From an uncultured Acidimicrobiaceae bacterium (GTDB taxonomy: Bacteria; Actinomycetota; Acidimicrobiia; Acidimicrobiales; Bog-793): DNA of 64,000 nt. The position numbers and the translations under genes were made by a program. Below are positions 21,701-31,296 of the stretch, piece after piece. The DNA lies in assembly GCA_963838845.1 (NCBI GenBank), contig CAWISR010000003.1:1092322-1156321 (forward strand), read 5' to 3'. The notes under the pieces are model-generated. The model had not been told where the DNA came from, made no database searches, and worked only from the letters and a program-made list of their open reading frames with translations. How positions within the stretch are numbered: position 1 is the first letter of the stretch; each line of letters begins with the position of its first letter.

Positions 21701-22278
21701 GCACTGCCACGCTCCCCGAACGGCCTCGCCTTCGCCGCCGCTACGACGAGCAGTTGCGCGACGAGCTCAAGACAGCGCTCGGGCTGAAGAACGTGATGGA
21801 GGTCCCGACCCTCGAAAAGATCGTGCTGAACTGCGGAGTTGGACGGGCGATACAGCAGCAGTCGTTGCTCGAAGGCGCGGTGCGCGACCTCTCGACGATC
21901 ACTGGCCAGCGGCCGGTAGTCACCCGCGCCCGCAAGTCCATCGCCTCGTTCAAGTTGCGCGAAGGGAATGCGATCGGGGCGATGGTTACCCTGCGCGGCG
22001 ACCGCATGTGGGAGTTCTTCGACCGCCTGGTGTCGATCGCGATCCCGCGCATCAGGGACTTCCGCGGGCTGAACCCCCGCGCTTTCGACGGGCGGGGCAA
22101 CTACACGTTCGGTATCACCGAGCAGCTGATCTTCCCGGAGATCAACTACGACTCGATCGACGCGACCCGGGGGATGGACATCACGATCGTCACGACCGCG
22201 AAGACCGATGCTGCGGGAAGGGCGCTGCTCAGCGCGCTCGGGCTTCCCGTTCCGCAGGGAGGGGTAACGAAGAAACCG
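21697..22278 (+). CDS. rplE: 50S ribosomal protein L5; no in-frame stop before rpsN, so the ORF continues to 22464
   Basis: [49 protein letters not shown]...[34 protein letters not shown] reads directly into MAKKAL... An ATGA overlap joins it to rplX. The end coordinate given is the codon before the rpsN ATG. Confidence 0.9.
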
Positions 22279-22464
22279 ATGGCGAAGAAAGCACTCGTCG
22301 AAAAGCAGCAGCGCACTCCGAAGTTCAAGGTACGCGGCTACACGCGTTGTCGCCGCTGCGGACGGCCGCGCGCCGTCTTCCGGAAGTTCGGGATGTGCCG
22401 GATCTGTCTGCGCGATCTCGCGCTCACGGGCGAGATCCCCGGTGTGACAAAGGCGAGCTGGTGA
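22279..22464 (+). CDS. rpsN: 30S ribosomal protein S14, zinc-ribbon type Z (61 aa)
   Basis: [61 protein letters not shown], with a CxxC...CxxC pattern. GGAGGGG lies upstream. It is in the same frame as rplE. Confidence 0.93.
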   Translation: MAKKALVEKQQRTPKFKVRGYTRCRRCGRPRAVFRKFGMCRICLRDLALTGEIPGVTKASW

Positions 22465-22480
22465 GGGGAGGCGAGTCTCG

Positions 22481-22885
22481 ATGACGATGACCGACCCGAT
22501 CGCCGACATGCTGACGCGCGTCCGAAATGCGAACGTCGCGATGCACGACAGCGTGAAGATGCCGGGCTCGAAGCTCAAGGTCTCACTCGCCTCGATCCTT
22601 GAGCGCGAGGGCTATATCGCGGGCTTTTCGACGTCGTCGGACGACAACCACCCGGGCAGCGTGCTCGAGATCAGGATGAAGTACACCGAGGACCGGACAC
22701 GCGCGATCGCCGGGCTGCGGCGCGTCTCGACGCCGGGATTGCGCGTCTACGCGCGCGCCGATCGCCTGCCGCGCGTGCTCGGCGGGATGGGTGTCGCCGT
22801 CCTCTCGACGAGCGAAGGTCTGCTCACCGACCGCGAGGCGCGAAAGCGCAAGATCGGTGGCGAGGTGCTCTGTTATGTCTGGTGA
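22481..22885 (+). CDS. rpsH: 30S ribosomal protein S8
   Basis: [46 protein letters not shown]... Confidence 0.97.
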   Translation: MTMTDPIADMLTRVRNANVAMHDSVKMPGSKLKVSLASILEREGYIAGFSTSSDDNHPGSVLEIRMKYTEDRTRAIAGLRRVSTPGLRVYARADRLPRVLGGMGVAVLSTSEGLLTDREARKRKIGGEVLCYVW

Positions 22886-22912
22886 TCAGCGCAACCGTCA
22901 CGGGGTGGTGCG

Positions 22913-23458
22913 ATGAGCCGCGTTGGTCGTTCGCCGATCCCGCTGCCTTCGGGCGTGGAGGTCGACATCACCGACGGACGCGTCGCGGTCCGCGGGCCGA
23001 AGGGCGCACTTGAGCGCGTGCTGCCGTCTCCGATCACGGTCCGTCGTGACGAGGCGGCCGCGTCGCTGCTCGTCGAGCGCCCCGACGACGAACGCGAGAA
23101 CCGCGCGCTGCACGGGCTCGCGCGCTCGTTGGTCCAGAACATGGTCGTGGGCGTCACGGCGGGGTTCCAAAAGGACCTCGAGATTCAGGGCGTCGGCTAT
23201 CGCGCCCAAGCGCGCGGACCGCGCCAGCTCGAGCTGGCGCTCGGCTTTTCGCATCCGGTGATGGTCGACGCACCCGAGGGGATCGACTTCGAGGTGCCGA
23301 GCCCGACGCGCATCACGGTGCGCGGCATCGACAAGGAGAAGGTCGGTCAGGTGGCGGCGGACATCCGCAAGCTCCGCAAGCCGGAGCCGTACAAGGGCAA
23401 GGGCATCCGGTATGTCGGCGAGGTCGTCCACCGCAAGGCCGGCAAGGCGGGGAAATAG
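22913..23458 (+). CDS. rplF: 50S ribosomal protein L6
   Basis: [37 protein letters not shown]...[23 protein letters not shown]. Confidence 0.97.
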   Translation: MSRVGRSPIPLPSGVEVDITDGRVAVRGPKGALERVLPSPITVRRDEAAASLLVERPDDERENRALHGLARSLVQNMVVGVTAGFQKDLEIQGVGYRAQARGPRQLELALGFSHPVMVDAPEGIDFEVPSPTRITVRGIDKEKVGQVAADIRKLRKPEPYKGKGIRYVGEVVHRKAGKAGK

Positions 23459-23460
23459 CG

Positions 23461-23823
23461 ATGGCCAACATCCGACGCGTCCACGAGCTGCGGCACCGCC
23501 GCCACGCTCGCCTGAGAAAGAAGGTGCACGGTTCCTCGGAGCGGCCGCGCCTTTCGGTCTTCCGGTCGAACCGACACATCGTCGCCCAGGTGATCGACGA
23601 CGACGCGGGCCTGACCCTTGCTGCCGCGTCGACCATCGAGCCGGCGTTGCGTTCCGGCAAGACCGGCAACGCCGCGGCGGCGGCGGCGGTCGGCCGGCTC
23701 GTCGCCGAGCGGGCAAAGCAGGCGGGGGTGTCCACCGTCGTCTTCGACCGCGGCGCGGCGCGCTTCCACGGTCGTGTCGCGGCGCTCGCCGACGCGGCAC
23801 GAGATGCGGGATTGGAGTTCTAG
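23461..23823 (+). CDS. rplR: 50S ribosomal protein L18
   Basis: ...[34 protein letters not shown]...[28 protein letters not shown]. Confidence 0.96.
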   Translation: MANIRRVHELRHRRHARLRKKVHGSSERPRLSVFRSNRHIVAQVIDDDAGLTLAAASTIEPALRSGKTGNAAAAAAVGRLVAERAKQAGVSTVVFDRGAARFHGRVAALADAARDAGLEF

Positions 23824-24372
23824 ATGCCAGAGTCCCAGTACGAGGAGCGGACGATCCGGGTGAACCGGGTGGCGAAGGTCGTCCAGGGCGGGCGCCGCTT
23901 CTCGTTCACGGCGTTGATGGTCGTCGGTGACGGCCAGGGCAGGGTCGGTCTCGGCTACGGCAAGGCGAAAGAGGCGGGCCTCGCCGTGCAAAAGGGCATC
24001 GAGGAGGCGAAGAAGAACTTCTTCGACGTGCCGCTCGCCGGCTCGACGATCACCCACCCGGTGATCGGCGAGGCGGGCGCGGGGCGAATCCTCCTCAAGC
24101 CTGCCGCACCGGGCACCGGCGTCATCGCCGGCGGCGCGGCGCGGGCGATATTCGAGATGGCGGGGATCCGCGACATTGTCGCGAAGTCGCTCGGGACCTC
24201 GAACGCGATCAACGTCGCCCACGCGACGGTCGCCGGACTGAAGTCGCTGCGCCGACCCGACGAGGTCGCGCGCCTGCGCGGCAAGGCGCCGGACGAGGTC
24301 ACGCCCATGGGGGTGCTGCGCGCCTACGAGGAGCGGCGGCGTGGACAGGTCGCCGCGGGCGGGGAGCGCTGA
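23824..24372 (+). CDS. rpsE: 30S ribosomal protein S5
   Basis: ...[40 protein letters not shown]...; the ATG directly follows the rplR stop. Confidence 0.97.
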   Translation: MPESQYEERTIRVNRVAKVVQGGRRFSFTALMVVGDGQGRVGLGYGKAKEAGLAVQKGIEEAKKNFFDVPLAGSTITHPVIGEAGAGRILLKPAAPGTGVIAGGAARAIFEMAGIRDIVAKSLGTSNAINVAHATVAGLKSLRRPDEVARLRGKAPDEVTPMGVLRAYEERRRGQVAAGGER

Positions 24373-24374
24373 GC

Positions 24375-24623
24375 ATGACGACGCCCGATCCGAAAGACGG
24401 CGGTCTCATCGTCACACAGGTGCGCTCCGCGATCGGCGCGATGCCGAAGCACCGTGCCACCCTGCGTGCGCTCGGTTTGAGGCGGATCGGCACGACACGC
24501 ACCGTGCCCGACCGGCCCGAGATCCGTGGCATGCTGACGGCCGTTTCGCACCTCGTCGAGGTGCGTCATCTCGACGCCGAAGCACCAAAGCGCCCGCGCC
24601 GAAAAAGCGAGGAGGCGAAGTGA
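24375..24623 (+). CDS. rpmD: 50S ribosomal protein L30 (with basic C-terminal extension)
   Basis: [53 protein letters not shown], followed by the tail [19 protein letters not shown]. Confidence 0.9.
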   Translation: MTTPDPKDGGLIVTQVRSAIGAMPKHRATLRALGLRRIGTTRTVPDRPEIRGMLTAVSHLVEVRHLDAEAPKRPRRKSEEAK

Positions 24624-25108
24624 AACTCCACGAGCTCGCCCCGCCTGAGGGCGCGCGCCGCCCCCGTCGTCGCGTCGCGCGCGGCACCGGCGGCAAGGGC
24701 GGCAAGACCGCCGGACGGGGCACGAAGGGCCAGCTCTCGCGCGGCCACGTGAACGCCGGATTCGAGGGCGGACAGCTGCCCCTCACCCAGCGCATCCCGA
24801 AGCTGCGCGGCTTCCAGAACCCTTTCCGCATCGCCTACCAGGTCGTGAACCTCGACGACCTGGAGACGCTCGGTGAGGACGCGGTCGACCCCGAAAAGCT
24901 CCGCAAGGCGGGCCTGTTGCACGAAAAGAGCCTCGTGAAGATTCTCGGCCGCGGCGAGCTCAGCCGGGCGGTCGCCGTCGAGGCGCACGCCTTTTCGAAG
25001 TCCGCGACCGAGGCGATCATCGCGGCAGGGGGCACGGCGACGGTCGTCCCCCGACCGAGGGGGGACCGCAGACCGCCGGCGCGAGGCAACGCGCTGGCGA
25101 ACCGGTAA
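24620..25108 (+). CDS. rplO: 50S ribosomal protein L15
   Basis: GTG start (GTGA overlap with rpmD). [64 protein letters not shown]... Confidence 0.94.
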   Translation: MKLHELAPPEGARRPRRRVARGTGGKGGKTAGRGTKGQLSRGHVNAGFEGGQLPLTQRIPKLRGFQNPFRIAYQVVNLDDLETLGEDAVDPEKLRKAGLLHEKSLVKILGRGELSRAVAVEAHAFSKSATEAIIAAGGTATVVPRPRGDRRPPARGNALANR

Positions 25109-25192
25109 GGATCATCCCGTGACCGTCCGCCTGCGCGCCGATGTCGGCGCGACCTGGCCGGTGCGGCCCCATCGGATGCGAGAGGGACGCGC

Positions 25193-26488
25193 GTGCTCGG
25201 AAGCCTGAAGAACATCGTCCGCGTGGCGGACCTGCGCAACAAGGTCCTCTTCACGCTGCTCGTCATCGCCATTTACCAATTCGGCGCGAACATCCCCGTT
25301 CCCGGGGTGAGCTTCAAGGCGATCCACTCGATCTCGAACGCAGCGAAGGGCCAGGGGCTGCTCGGCTTCTTGAACCTGTTCTCGGGCGGTGCCTTGGCCC
25401 GCGCCGCCGTGCTGGGGCTCGGGATCATGCCCTACATCACGTCGTCGATCATCATCCAGCTGCTCACGACCGTGATCCCGAAGTTCGCCGAATGGCGAGA
25501 CCAGGGAGCGGTCGGACAGCGCAAGCTCACCCAGGCGACGCGCTATCTCACCGTCGGTCTCGCACTGATGCAGTCCTCGGGGCTCGTCTTCTTGCTCCAC
25601 TCGGGGGAGCTCTTGTCCGGGAGCGCGTCGGGCTCGGTCGACTTGATCCCTGATTTCTCCGCCCTGCACGTGCTGTTCATCATCTTGACGTTCACCGCCG
25701 GCACGGCGTTCGTGATGTGGCTCGGCGAGCTCATCACTCAACGCGGCATCGGCCAGGGGATGTCGATCATCATCTTCGCGAACGTCGTCGCGACCTTGCC
25801 CTTGGACGTCGACTTGATCAAGGCGGACAAGTCGTGGGGGGGGCTCGCGATCATCGGCCTCGTCTGCGTCGCCTTGTTGGTGGCGATCGTCTTCGTCGAG
25901 CTCGGTCAGCGCCGCATCCCGGTCACCTTCGCACGCCGGGTGCAGGGGCGCCGCATGTACGGCGGCCAGAGCACCTACATCCCCTTGAAGGTGAACCAGG
26001 CGGGCGTGATCCCGATCATCTTCGCGAGCTCGCTCTTGTACATCCCGGTGTTGATCTCGACCGTGCTGCCCTGGCAGGGGGTGCGCACTTGGATCAACGC
26101 CAACCTCGTCAACCCGACCGGTGGCGTCTACCTCGTCTTGTACGGGCTCTTCATCATCGCCTTCACGTTCTTCTACGTGCAGGTGAGCTTCGACCCGATC
26201 CAACAGGCCGACCAGATCCGCAAGCAGGGCGGCTACATCCCCGGCATCCGTCCCGGTCCGCCGACCGAGACGTACCTGTCGAAGATCCTGAACCGCATCA
26301 CGCTTCCGGGGTCACTGTTCCTCGCCTTCGTCGCGCTCGTGCCGTCGGCGATCCTCGCGGCCTGGCACATCACGGGGATCCCGTTCTTCGGGACGACGCT
26401 GCTCATCAGCGTCGGCGTGGCGCTGCAGACGAACCAGCAGATCAACTCCCAGCTCACGATGCGTAACTACGAGGGCTACCTCGCGTAG
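25193..26488 (+). CDS. secY: Preprotein translocase subunit SecY
   Basis: LGSLKNIVRVADLRNKVLFTLLVIAIYQFGANIPVPGV...LGIMPYITSSIIIQLL...; 10-TM profile; GTG start. Confidence 0.97.
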   Translation: MLGSLKNIVRVADLRNKVLFTLLVIAIYQFGANIPVPGVSFKAIHSISNAAKGQGLLGFLNLFSGGALARAAVLGLGIMPYITSSIIIQLLTTVIPKFAEWRDQGAVGQRKLTQATRYLTVGLALMQSSGLVFLLHSGELLSGSASGSVDLIPDFSALHVLFIILTFTAGTAFVMWLGELITQRGIGQGMSIIIFANVVATLPLDVDLIKADKSWGGLAIIGLVCVALLVAIVFVELGQRRIPVTFARRVQGRRMYGGQSTYIPLKVNQAGVIPIIFASSLLYIPVLISTVLPWQGVRTWINANLVNPTGGVYLVLYGLFIIAFTFFYVQVSFDPIQQADQIRKQGGYIPGIRPGPPTETYLSKILNRITLPGSLFLAFVALVPSAILAAWHITGIPFFGTTLLISVGVALQTNQQINSQLTMRNYEGYLA

Positions 26489-27168
26489 TGATCCCCGGCG
26501 CGCGTCTGATCGTCCTCGGCAAGCAGGGCGCTGGCAAAGGAACCCAATGCGAGGCGATCTCGCACCACTACGCCATTCCGCACATCTCGACCGGCGACAT
26601 GCTGCGCGCCGCGGTGAAGACCGCCTCGCCGCTCGGGCGCCAGGTGGAGGCGGCGATGGAGCAGGGCGAGCTCATCTCGGACGACATCGTCTTGGAGATG
26701 GTCGCCCAGCGGCTCAAAGAGGACGACACGCAAAGTCGCGGCTTCGTCTTCGACGGCTTCCCGCGCACGGTGAATCAGGCCGATCGCCTCGACAAGATCC
26801 TCGCGCCGTTGGAGCTCGACTTGGTCATCAATCTCGTCGTGCCGACGAGCCTCGTGCTGAAACGACTCGCCGGGAGGCGCGCCTGCCAGGTGTGCGGTAC
26901 GAACTACTCGATCACGTCGCCGCCGAGGACCGACTGGATCTGTGACGTCTGCGCCGGCGAGGTCGTCCAACGCGAAGACGACACAGAAGAGGCCATCCGA
27001 CGGAGGCTCGATCTCTACGAAAAGGAGACCGCACCGCTGATCGCGCGTTACCGCAAGCTCGGTAAGCTCGTTTCGGTCCAAGGGACCGGAACCCCCGACG
27101 ACGTCACCAGCCGGTTGATCTCGCTCATCGACGCCCGCGTCGGCGAGAACCTGGAGGCACGGCCGTGA
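26488..27168 (+). CDS. adk: Adenylate kinase (Cys-containing lid)
   Basis: LIVLGKQGAGKGTQCEAISHHYAIPHISTGDMLRAAV...; lid sequence CQVCGTNYSITSPPRTDWICDVCAGEVVQREDD. Confidence 0.95.
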   Translation: MIPGARLIVLGKQGAGKGTQCEAISHHYAIPHISTGDMLRAAVKTASPLGRQVEAAMEQGELISDDIVLEMVAQRLKEDDTQSRGFVFDGFPRTVNQADRLDKILAPLELDLVINLVVPTSLVLKRLAGRRACQVCGTNYSITSPPRTDWICDVCAGEVVQREDDTEEAIRRRLDLYEKETAPLIARYRKLGKLVSVQGTGTPDDVTSRLISLIDARVGENLEARP

Positions 27169-27905
27169 TCCGCACGAAAGATGAAATCGCGAAGATGCGA
27201 CGCGCCGGCAAGGTCGTCGCCGAGATCCACGAAAAGACGCGTGCCGCGATCGCGCCCGGGGTGACGACGCTCGATCTCGACCGCGTCGCGCGCGAGGTGC
27301 TCGACGCGCGCGGCGCGCGCTCGAACTTCTTGAACTACCACGGCTTCCAGGCGGTGATCTGCACGTCGCCGAACAACATGATCGTGCACGGCATCCCCGG
27401 TTCGTACGTGCTGAAGGACGGCGACATCATCTCGGTCGACTGCGGGGCGATCGTCGAGGGCTACCACGGTGACGCGGCCTACACGGCGCCGGTCGGCGAG
27501 ATCTCCGAGCTCGCCTGCCGGCTCATCGAGGTCACCGGGCGCTCGCTGTGGGCGGGCATCGACGAGATGCACGAGGGAAAGCGGCTCCACGACGTCGGCG
27601 CGGCGGTGCAGCGTGTCGCGGAGAACGCCGGCTTCTCGGTGGTCCGCAAGTACGTCGGGCACGGCATCGGCACGTCGATGCACGAGGAGCCGCAGGTGCC
27701 GAACTACTGGCCGGGGAACCCCGGCCCGAGGCTCAAGGTCGGCAACGTGTTCGCCATCGAGCCGATGGTGAACGTCGGCGGACCGGAGACGATCGAACTC
27801 GAAGACGGCTGGTCGGTGATCACCGCCGACGGCAGCCTGTCGGCGCACTTCGAACACACGATCGCGATCACAGAGGACGGCCCCGAGGTACTGACGCTGC
27901 CGTAG
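27165..27905 (+). CDS. map: Type I methionine aminopeptidase
   Basis: IRTKDEIAKMRRAGKVVAEIHE...DGDIISVDCGAIVEGYHGDAAYT...VGHGIGTSMHEEPQVPNY...FAIEPM...HFEHTIAIT; GTGA overlap with adk. Confidence 0.96.
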   Translation: MIRTKDEIAKMRRAGKVVAEIHEKTRAAIAPGVTTLDLDRVAREVLDARGARSNFLNYHGFQAVICTSPNNMIVHGIPGSYVLKDGDIISVDCGAIVEGYHGDAAYTAPVGEISELACRLIEVTGRSLWAGIDEMHEGKRLHDVGAAVQRVAENAGFSVVRKYVGHGIGTSMHEEPQVPNYWPGNPGPRLKVGNVFAIEPMVNVGGPETIELEDGWSVITADGSLSAHFEHTIAITEDGPEVLTLP

Positions 27906-27931
27906 GCAGGCGGCGGCGGCCCTCGCCGCGG

Positions 27932-28279
27932 TCAGTCGAGCTTGAAATCTCCGGCTGGCGGCGCGTCACCGCCCGGGGAATCGGTGCTCTCCGACGCCGA
28001 GGTCGGCTCGGTGCTGTCCGACGCCGAGGCCGGCTCGTCGGGGTGCTCTTGTTCCCACTTCGCGATCTCGCCGTAGAGGCGGTTGATCTCGGCGGTGTTC
28101 GCCTGGTCGCCGCGCCCGGCGTGCTCGGTGTAGGAGGCGGCGCCGAGGTCGCGGTACAAGGCGTCGAGCTGGCGACGCGCCTGCACCTCTTCGATCTTCG
28201 CCTGCCCGGCGCGGCCTGCCTCCTGGGCCTTCTGGGCGACCTGGGCCGCCTGCTGCTTCATCTTGTCCAACAGCGCCAT
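27932..28279 (-). CDS. Small helical protein with acidic Ser/Thr/Pro-rich tail, unknown function
   Basis: MALLDKMKQQAAQVAQKAQEAGRAGQAKIEEVQARRQLDALYRDLG...EIAKWEQEHPDEPASASDSTEPTSASESTDSPGGD. It starts 21 nt after the stop of the AIM24-family gene on the same strand. Confidence 0.55.
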   Translation of the reverse strand: MALLDKMKQQAAQVAQKAQEAGRAGQAKIEEVQARRQLDALYRDLGAASYTEHAGRGDQANTAEINRLYGEIAKWEQEHPDEPASASDSTEPTSASESTDSPGGDAPPAGDFKLD

Positions 28280-28300
28280 CGCGCCTCCTTGTTCGTCCGA

Positions 28301-29092
28301 TCAGCGACCGAGGACGGCGCCGGCAAGCCCGGCGCGCGATCGGTCGTCGTTTTTTTCTTCCTGCTCGTACTGGCGGTGGATCGTCGACTGCAAGAGCACC
28401 GTGCCGTCGCCCTCCAACGAGATGAGGTTGATGCCGCCGCCACCGAACAACGCCGCCATCGCCAGCTGGCCCCCCACCGGCGCGATGCGTTCGGTCGTGA
28501 AGGAGAGGTTGTCCGAGAAAGCCACGAGCGCACCCGTGTGGACCTGGAGCTTGCCCCCGTACGAGGCGGGGTTGAGCTCGACGATCGTGCCGCCGCCGCC
28601 GACAACGAGCGTCCCGTTGCCCTGGAAGTGCTCCAAGATGAAGCCCTCGCGCGAGCGCACGCCGAGGACGAGACCGGTGAAGTCGATGTCGAAACTGACC
28701 GTCGCTTCGGCACAGACAAACGCCCGGCTCTCCGCGTACCAGCCGGCGGCGCCGTCGAGCTCGATGACGCGGATCTGGCCGGGCTGCTCGCCGGAGAAGC
28801 CGACGAGGCCGGAGCCGCCGGAGGGCCGGAACCACTGGAAGGCGAGGCTCTGGCCGGAAAGCGCCCGTTTGCCGACTTCGACGGCGGTGGCGAGCGCCCC
28901 GGCGAGCAGCCCGGCGCCCTTTGCCTTCGCCTGGTCGCGGGCGCCGCCCGGCGTCGAAAGCCGCGTCTCGATGGCGACGTTCGTCGTCTTCCAGCGAAAC
29001 TTCGTCGCGTCCGAGAACACCGTCTGGTCGGGCTCGAGCTGACACGTGACGAACTGGGCGTACTCGCCGCTCAGCTTCTGGGTGACGGTCAT
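28301..29092 (-). CDS. AIM24 / DUF124 (TIGR00266) family protein
   Basis: MTVTQKLSGEYAQFVTCQLEPDQTVFSDATKFRWKTTNVAIETRL...GFSGEQPGQIRVIELDGAAGWYAESRAFVCAEATVSFDIDF...GTLVVGGGGTIVELNPASYGGKLQVHTGALVAFSDNLSFTTE. The start is the ATG at 29092; the longer ORF to 29623 is shadow. Confidence 0.7.
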   Translation of the reverse strand: MTVTQKLSGEYAQFVTCQLEPDQTVFSDATKFRWKTTNVAIETRLSTPGGARDQAKAKGAGLLAGALATAVEVGKRALSGQSLAFQWFRPSGGSGLVGFSGEQPGQIRVIELDGAAGWYAESRAFVCAEATVSFDIDFTGLVLGVRSREGFILEHFQGNGTLVVGGGGTIVELNPASYGGKLQVHTGALVAFSDNLSFTTERIAPVGGQLAMAALFGGGGINLISLEGDGTVLLQSTIHRQYEQEEKNDDRSRAGLAGAVLGR

Positions 29093-29444
29093 CGTCACGA
29101 CCACCTTTCCTGCGGCCGATGCGCCCGCCCGCCGCCCGCGCGCAAACCGTACGCGAGGATGCGTCACACCGCTAGCGACTTTCGGTTGCTCTCGCCGGCG
29201 ACGCGGCCGCCGGCCGACCGTCGCGAGCAGCGGAAAGTTGCGCCGCCCGTCGTCGCCAGACCGGTAAACCGCTACACTTTGTTTGCTTCGGGCCGTCTGG
29301 CTCGCGGTTCGACCGCGGGCAGGGGCGGGCCTCGTGTGGCCCCACGGCCGCAATCCGCTGGCGGCGAGGGGACGCCCTTTCGGTCGCTGCGGCGCTGGTC
29401 GCGGCCCGCGCCCGAAGAGCAGCAGTCTCATCGAGGAGGGGAAC

Positions 29445-29669
29445 CTGCCGAAACCGAAAGAGGACGCGATCGTGCTCGAGGGCACGGTCGTCGAGCCGCT
29501 CCCGAACGCGATGTTCCGCGTCGAGCTCGAGAACGGCCACAAGGTGCTCGCCCACAGCTCGGGGAAGATGCGCATGCACCGCATCCGGATCCTCCCTGGC
29601 GACCGGGTGCAGGTCGAGATCACGCCCTACGACTTGTCCCGTGGACGCATCACCTACCGGTACAAGTGA
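29445..29669 (+). CDS. infA: Translation initiation factor IF-1 (start codon uncertain: CTG 29445 or GTG 29472)
   Basis: (L)[82 protein letters not shown] lies 3 nt upstream of the CTG, and AAGAGGA lies 7 nt upstream of the GTG. Confidence 0.9.
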   Translation: MPKPKEDAIVLEGTVVEPLPNAMFRVELENGHKVLAHSSGKMRMHRIRILPGDRVQVEITPYDLSRGRITYRYK

Positions 29670-29727
29670 GTTCCCAACCTCTGATGCGCCACTGGCCCAA
29701 CCGATTCGAGAACCAAAGGACAACGCG

Positions 29728-29841
29728 GTGAAGGTTCGACCGAGCGTCAAACCGATGTGCGAGAAGTGCAAGGTCATCCGCCGGCACGGCCGGATCATGG
29801 TGATCTGTGAGAACCCGCGCCACAAGCAGCGGCAGGGTTAG
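29728..29841 (+). CDS. rpmJ: 50S ribosomal protein L36 (zinc type)
   Basis: GTG start; [36 protein letters not shown]. Confidence 0.95.
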   Translation: MKVRPSVKPMCEKCKVIRRHGRIMVICENPRHKQRQG

Positions 29842-29844
29842 GAA

Positions 29845-30225
29845 ATGGCCCGAATCTCCGGCGTCGACATCCCCCGCGAGAAGCGGCTCGAGATCGCGCT
29901 CACCTACATCTACGGAATCGGCCGCACCAAAGCGAAGCAGATTTGTGCCGCGACCGACTTGAGCGTCGACACGCGCGTCCGTGACCTCACCGACGACGAG
30001 GTGACGAAGATCCGCACCTACGTCGACGCGAACGTGAAGGTCGAAGGTGACCTGCGTCGCGACGTCGCGCAGGACATCAAGCGGAAGATGGAGATCGGCT
30101 CGTACCAAGGAATCCGTCACCGCCGCGGCCTCCCGGTCCACGGCCAGCGCACGCACACGAATGCCCGCACCCGGAAGGGCCCGAAGAAGACCGTCGCCGG
30201 CAAGAAAAAGATCAGGAAGCACTGA
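29845..30225 (+). CDS. rpsM: 30S ribosomal protein S13
   Basis: [39 protein letters not shown]... Confidence 0.98.
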   Translation: MARISGVDIPREKRLEIALTYIYGIGRTKAKQICAATDLSVDTRVRDLTDDEVTKIRTYVDANVKVEGDLRRDVAQDIKRKMEIGSYQGIRHRRGLPVHGQRTHTNARTRKGPKKTVAGKKKIRKH

Positions 30226-30626
30226 TGCCGCCTCAGAAGAAGCCCGGCGGCCGCCGGCCCCGCAAACGAGAGAAGAAGAACGTCACCCACGGCGTCGCTC
30301 ACATCAAGAGCTCGTTCAACAACACGATCGTGGCCATCTCCGATCTGGAGGGCAACGTCATCGCCTGGGCGTCGGCGGGCAACGTCGGCTTCAAGGGCTC
30401 GCGCAAGTCGACACCCTTCGCCGCGCAGTTGGCCGCCGAGCAGTGCGCGCGACGCGCGATGGAGCACGGTGTGCGCCGCGTCGACGTGTTGGTGCGCGGA
30501 CCGGGCTCGGGCAGGGAGACGGCGATCCGCTCGATCGCCGCGACCGGCATCGAGGTGACCGGAATCAAAGACGTCACGCCCATTCCCCACAACGGCGTCC
30601 GCCCGAAAAAGCGGCGTCGCGTCTAG
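30225..30626 (+). CDS. rpsK: 30S ribosomal protein S11
   Basis: ...[50 protein letters not shown]...[18 protein letters not shown]. Confidence 0.98.
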   Translation: MPPQKKPGGRRPRKREKKNVTHGVAHIKSSFNNTIVAISDLEGNVIAWASAGNVGFKGSRKSTPFAAQLAAEQCARRAMEHGVRRVDVLVRGPGSGRETAIRSIAATGIEVTGIKDVTPIPHNGVRPKKRRRV

Positions 30627-30639
30627 GAGGTCGATCGAA

Positions 30640-31266
30640 TTGGCCCGCTACCTCGGGCCGGTGTGCCGTCTGTGCCGCCGAGAGAAAGTGAAGCTGTTCT
30701 TGAAAGGGCCGAAGTGCGAAAGCCCACAGTGCCCGATCGAACGCCGCCCGTACCCGCCGGGCGAGCACGGCCGCGACCGCATGCGGCAGGGCTCGGAGTA
30801 CCTGGCGCAGCTGCGCGAAAAGCAGAAGGCCCGCCGCATCTACGGCGTCTTAGAGCGCCAGTTCCGCAACCTCTACGAGGAGGCGAACCGTCAGTCCGGC
30901 ATCACCGGCGAGATCCTGCTGCGGATGTTGGAGACCCGCCTTGACAACGTCGTGTTCCGCGCCCGCTGGGCGGCGAGTCGCGCCCAAGCGCGCCAGTTCG
31001 TCTCGCACGGCCTTGTCACCGTGAACGGCCAGCGGGTCACGATCCCGAGCTTTCGTGTGCGCGTCGGCGACGTCGTAGCGCTCGCGAACCGCGCGCAGGA
31101 CGATGTCACCGTGCGCCAGAACCTCGACCTGATCGACCGCCCCGTTCCCGGCTGGATCGAAGCCGATGAATCGGGACGTTCGCTCACCATCCGCGCGCTC
31201 CCCGAACGCGCGCAAATCGACACTCAGGTGCGCGAGCAGCTGATCGTCGAGCTGTACTCGAAGTAA
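30640..31266 (+). CDS. rpsD: 30S ribosomal protein S4
   Basis: TTG start; ARYLGPVCRLCRREKVKLFLKGPKCESPQCPIERRPYPPGEHG... Confidence 0.97.
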   Translation: MARYLGPVCRLCRREKVKLFLKGPKCESPQCPIERRPYPPGEHGRDRMRQGSEYLAQLREKQKARRIYGVLERQFRNLYEEANRQSGITGEILLRMLETRLDNVVFRARWAASRAQARQFVSHGLVTVNGQRVTIPSFRVRVGDVVALANRAQDDVTVRQNLDLIDRPVPGWIEADESGRSLTIRALPERAQIDTQVREQLIVELYSK

Positions 31267-31296
31267 CGACCGCCCGAATCACAGGAGTCCTACGTC

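Noticed and set aside
28301-29623. Full 440-aa version of the AIM24 ORF
   Set aside because: The N-terminal 177 aa are Arg/Pro-rich and overlap the infA leader. The conserved AIM24 sequence begins at the ATG at 29092 (MTVTQKLSGEY...), so I trimmed the gene.
27548-29731. 727-aa plus-strand ORF spanning the map 3' end, the AIM24 pair (antisense) and infA
   Set aside because: It crosses several independently supported genes in other frames or on the other strand, and its translation is Arg/Gly-rich with no domain signature.
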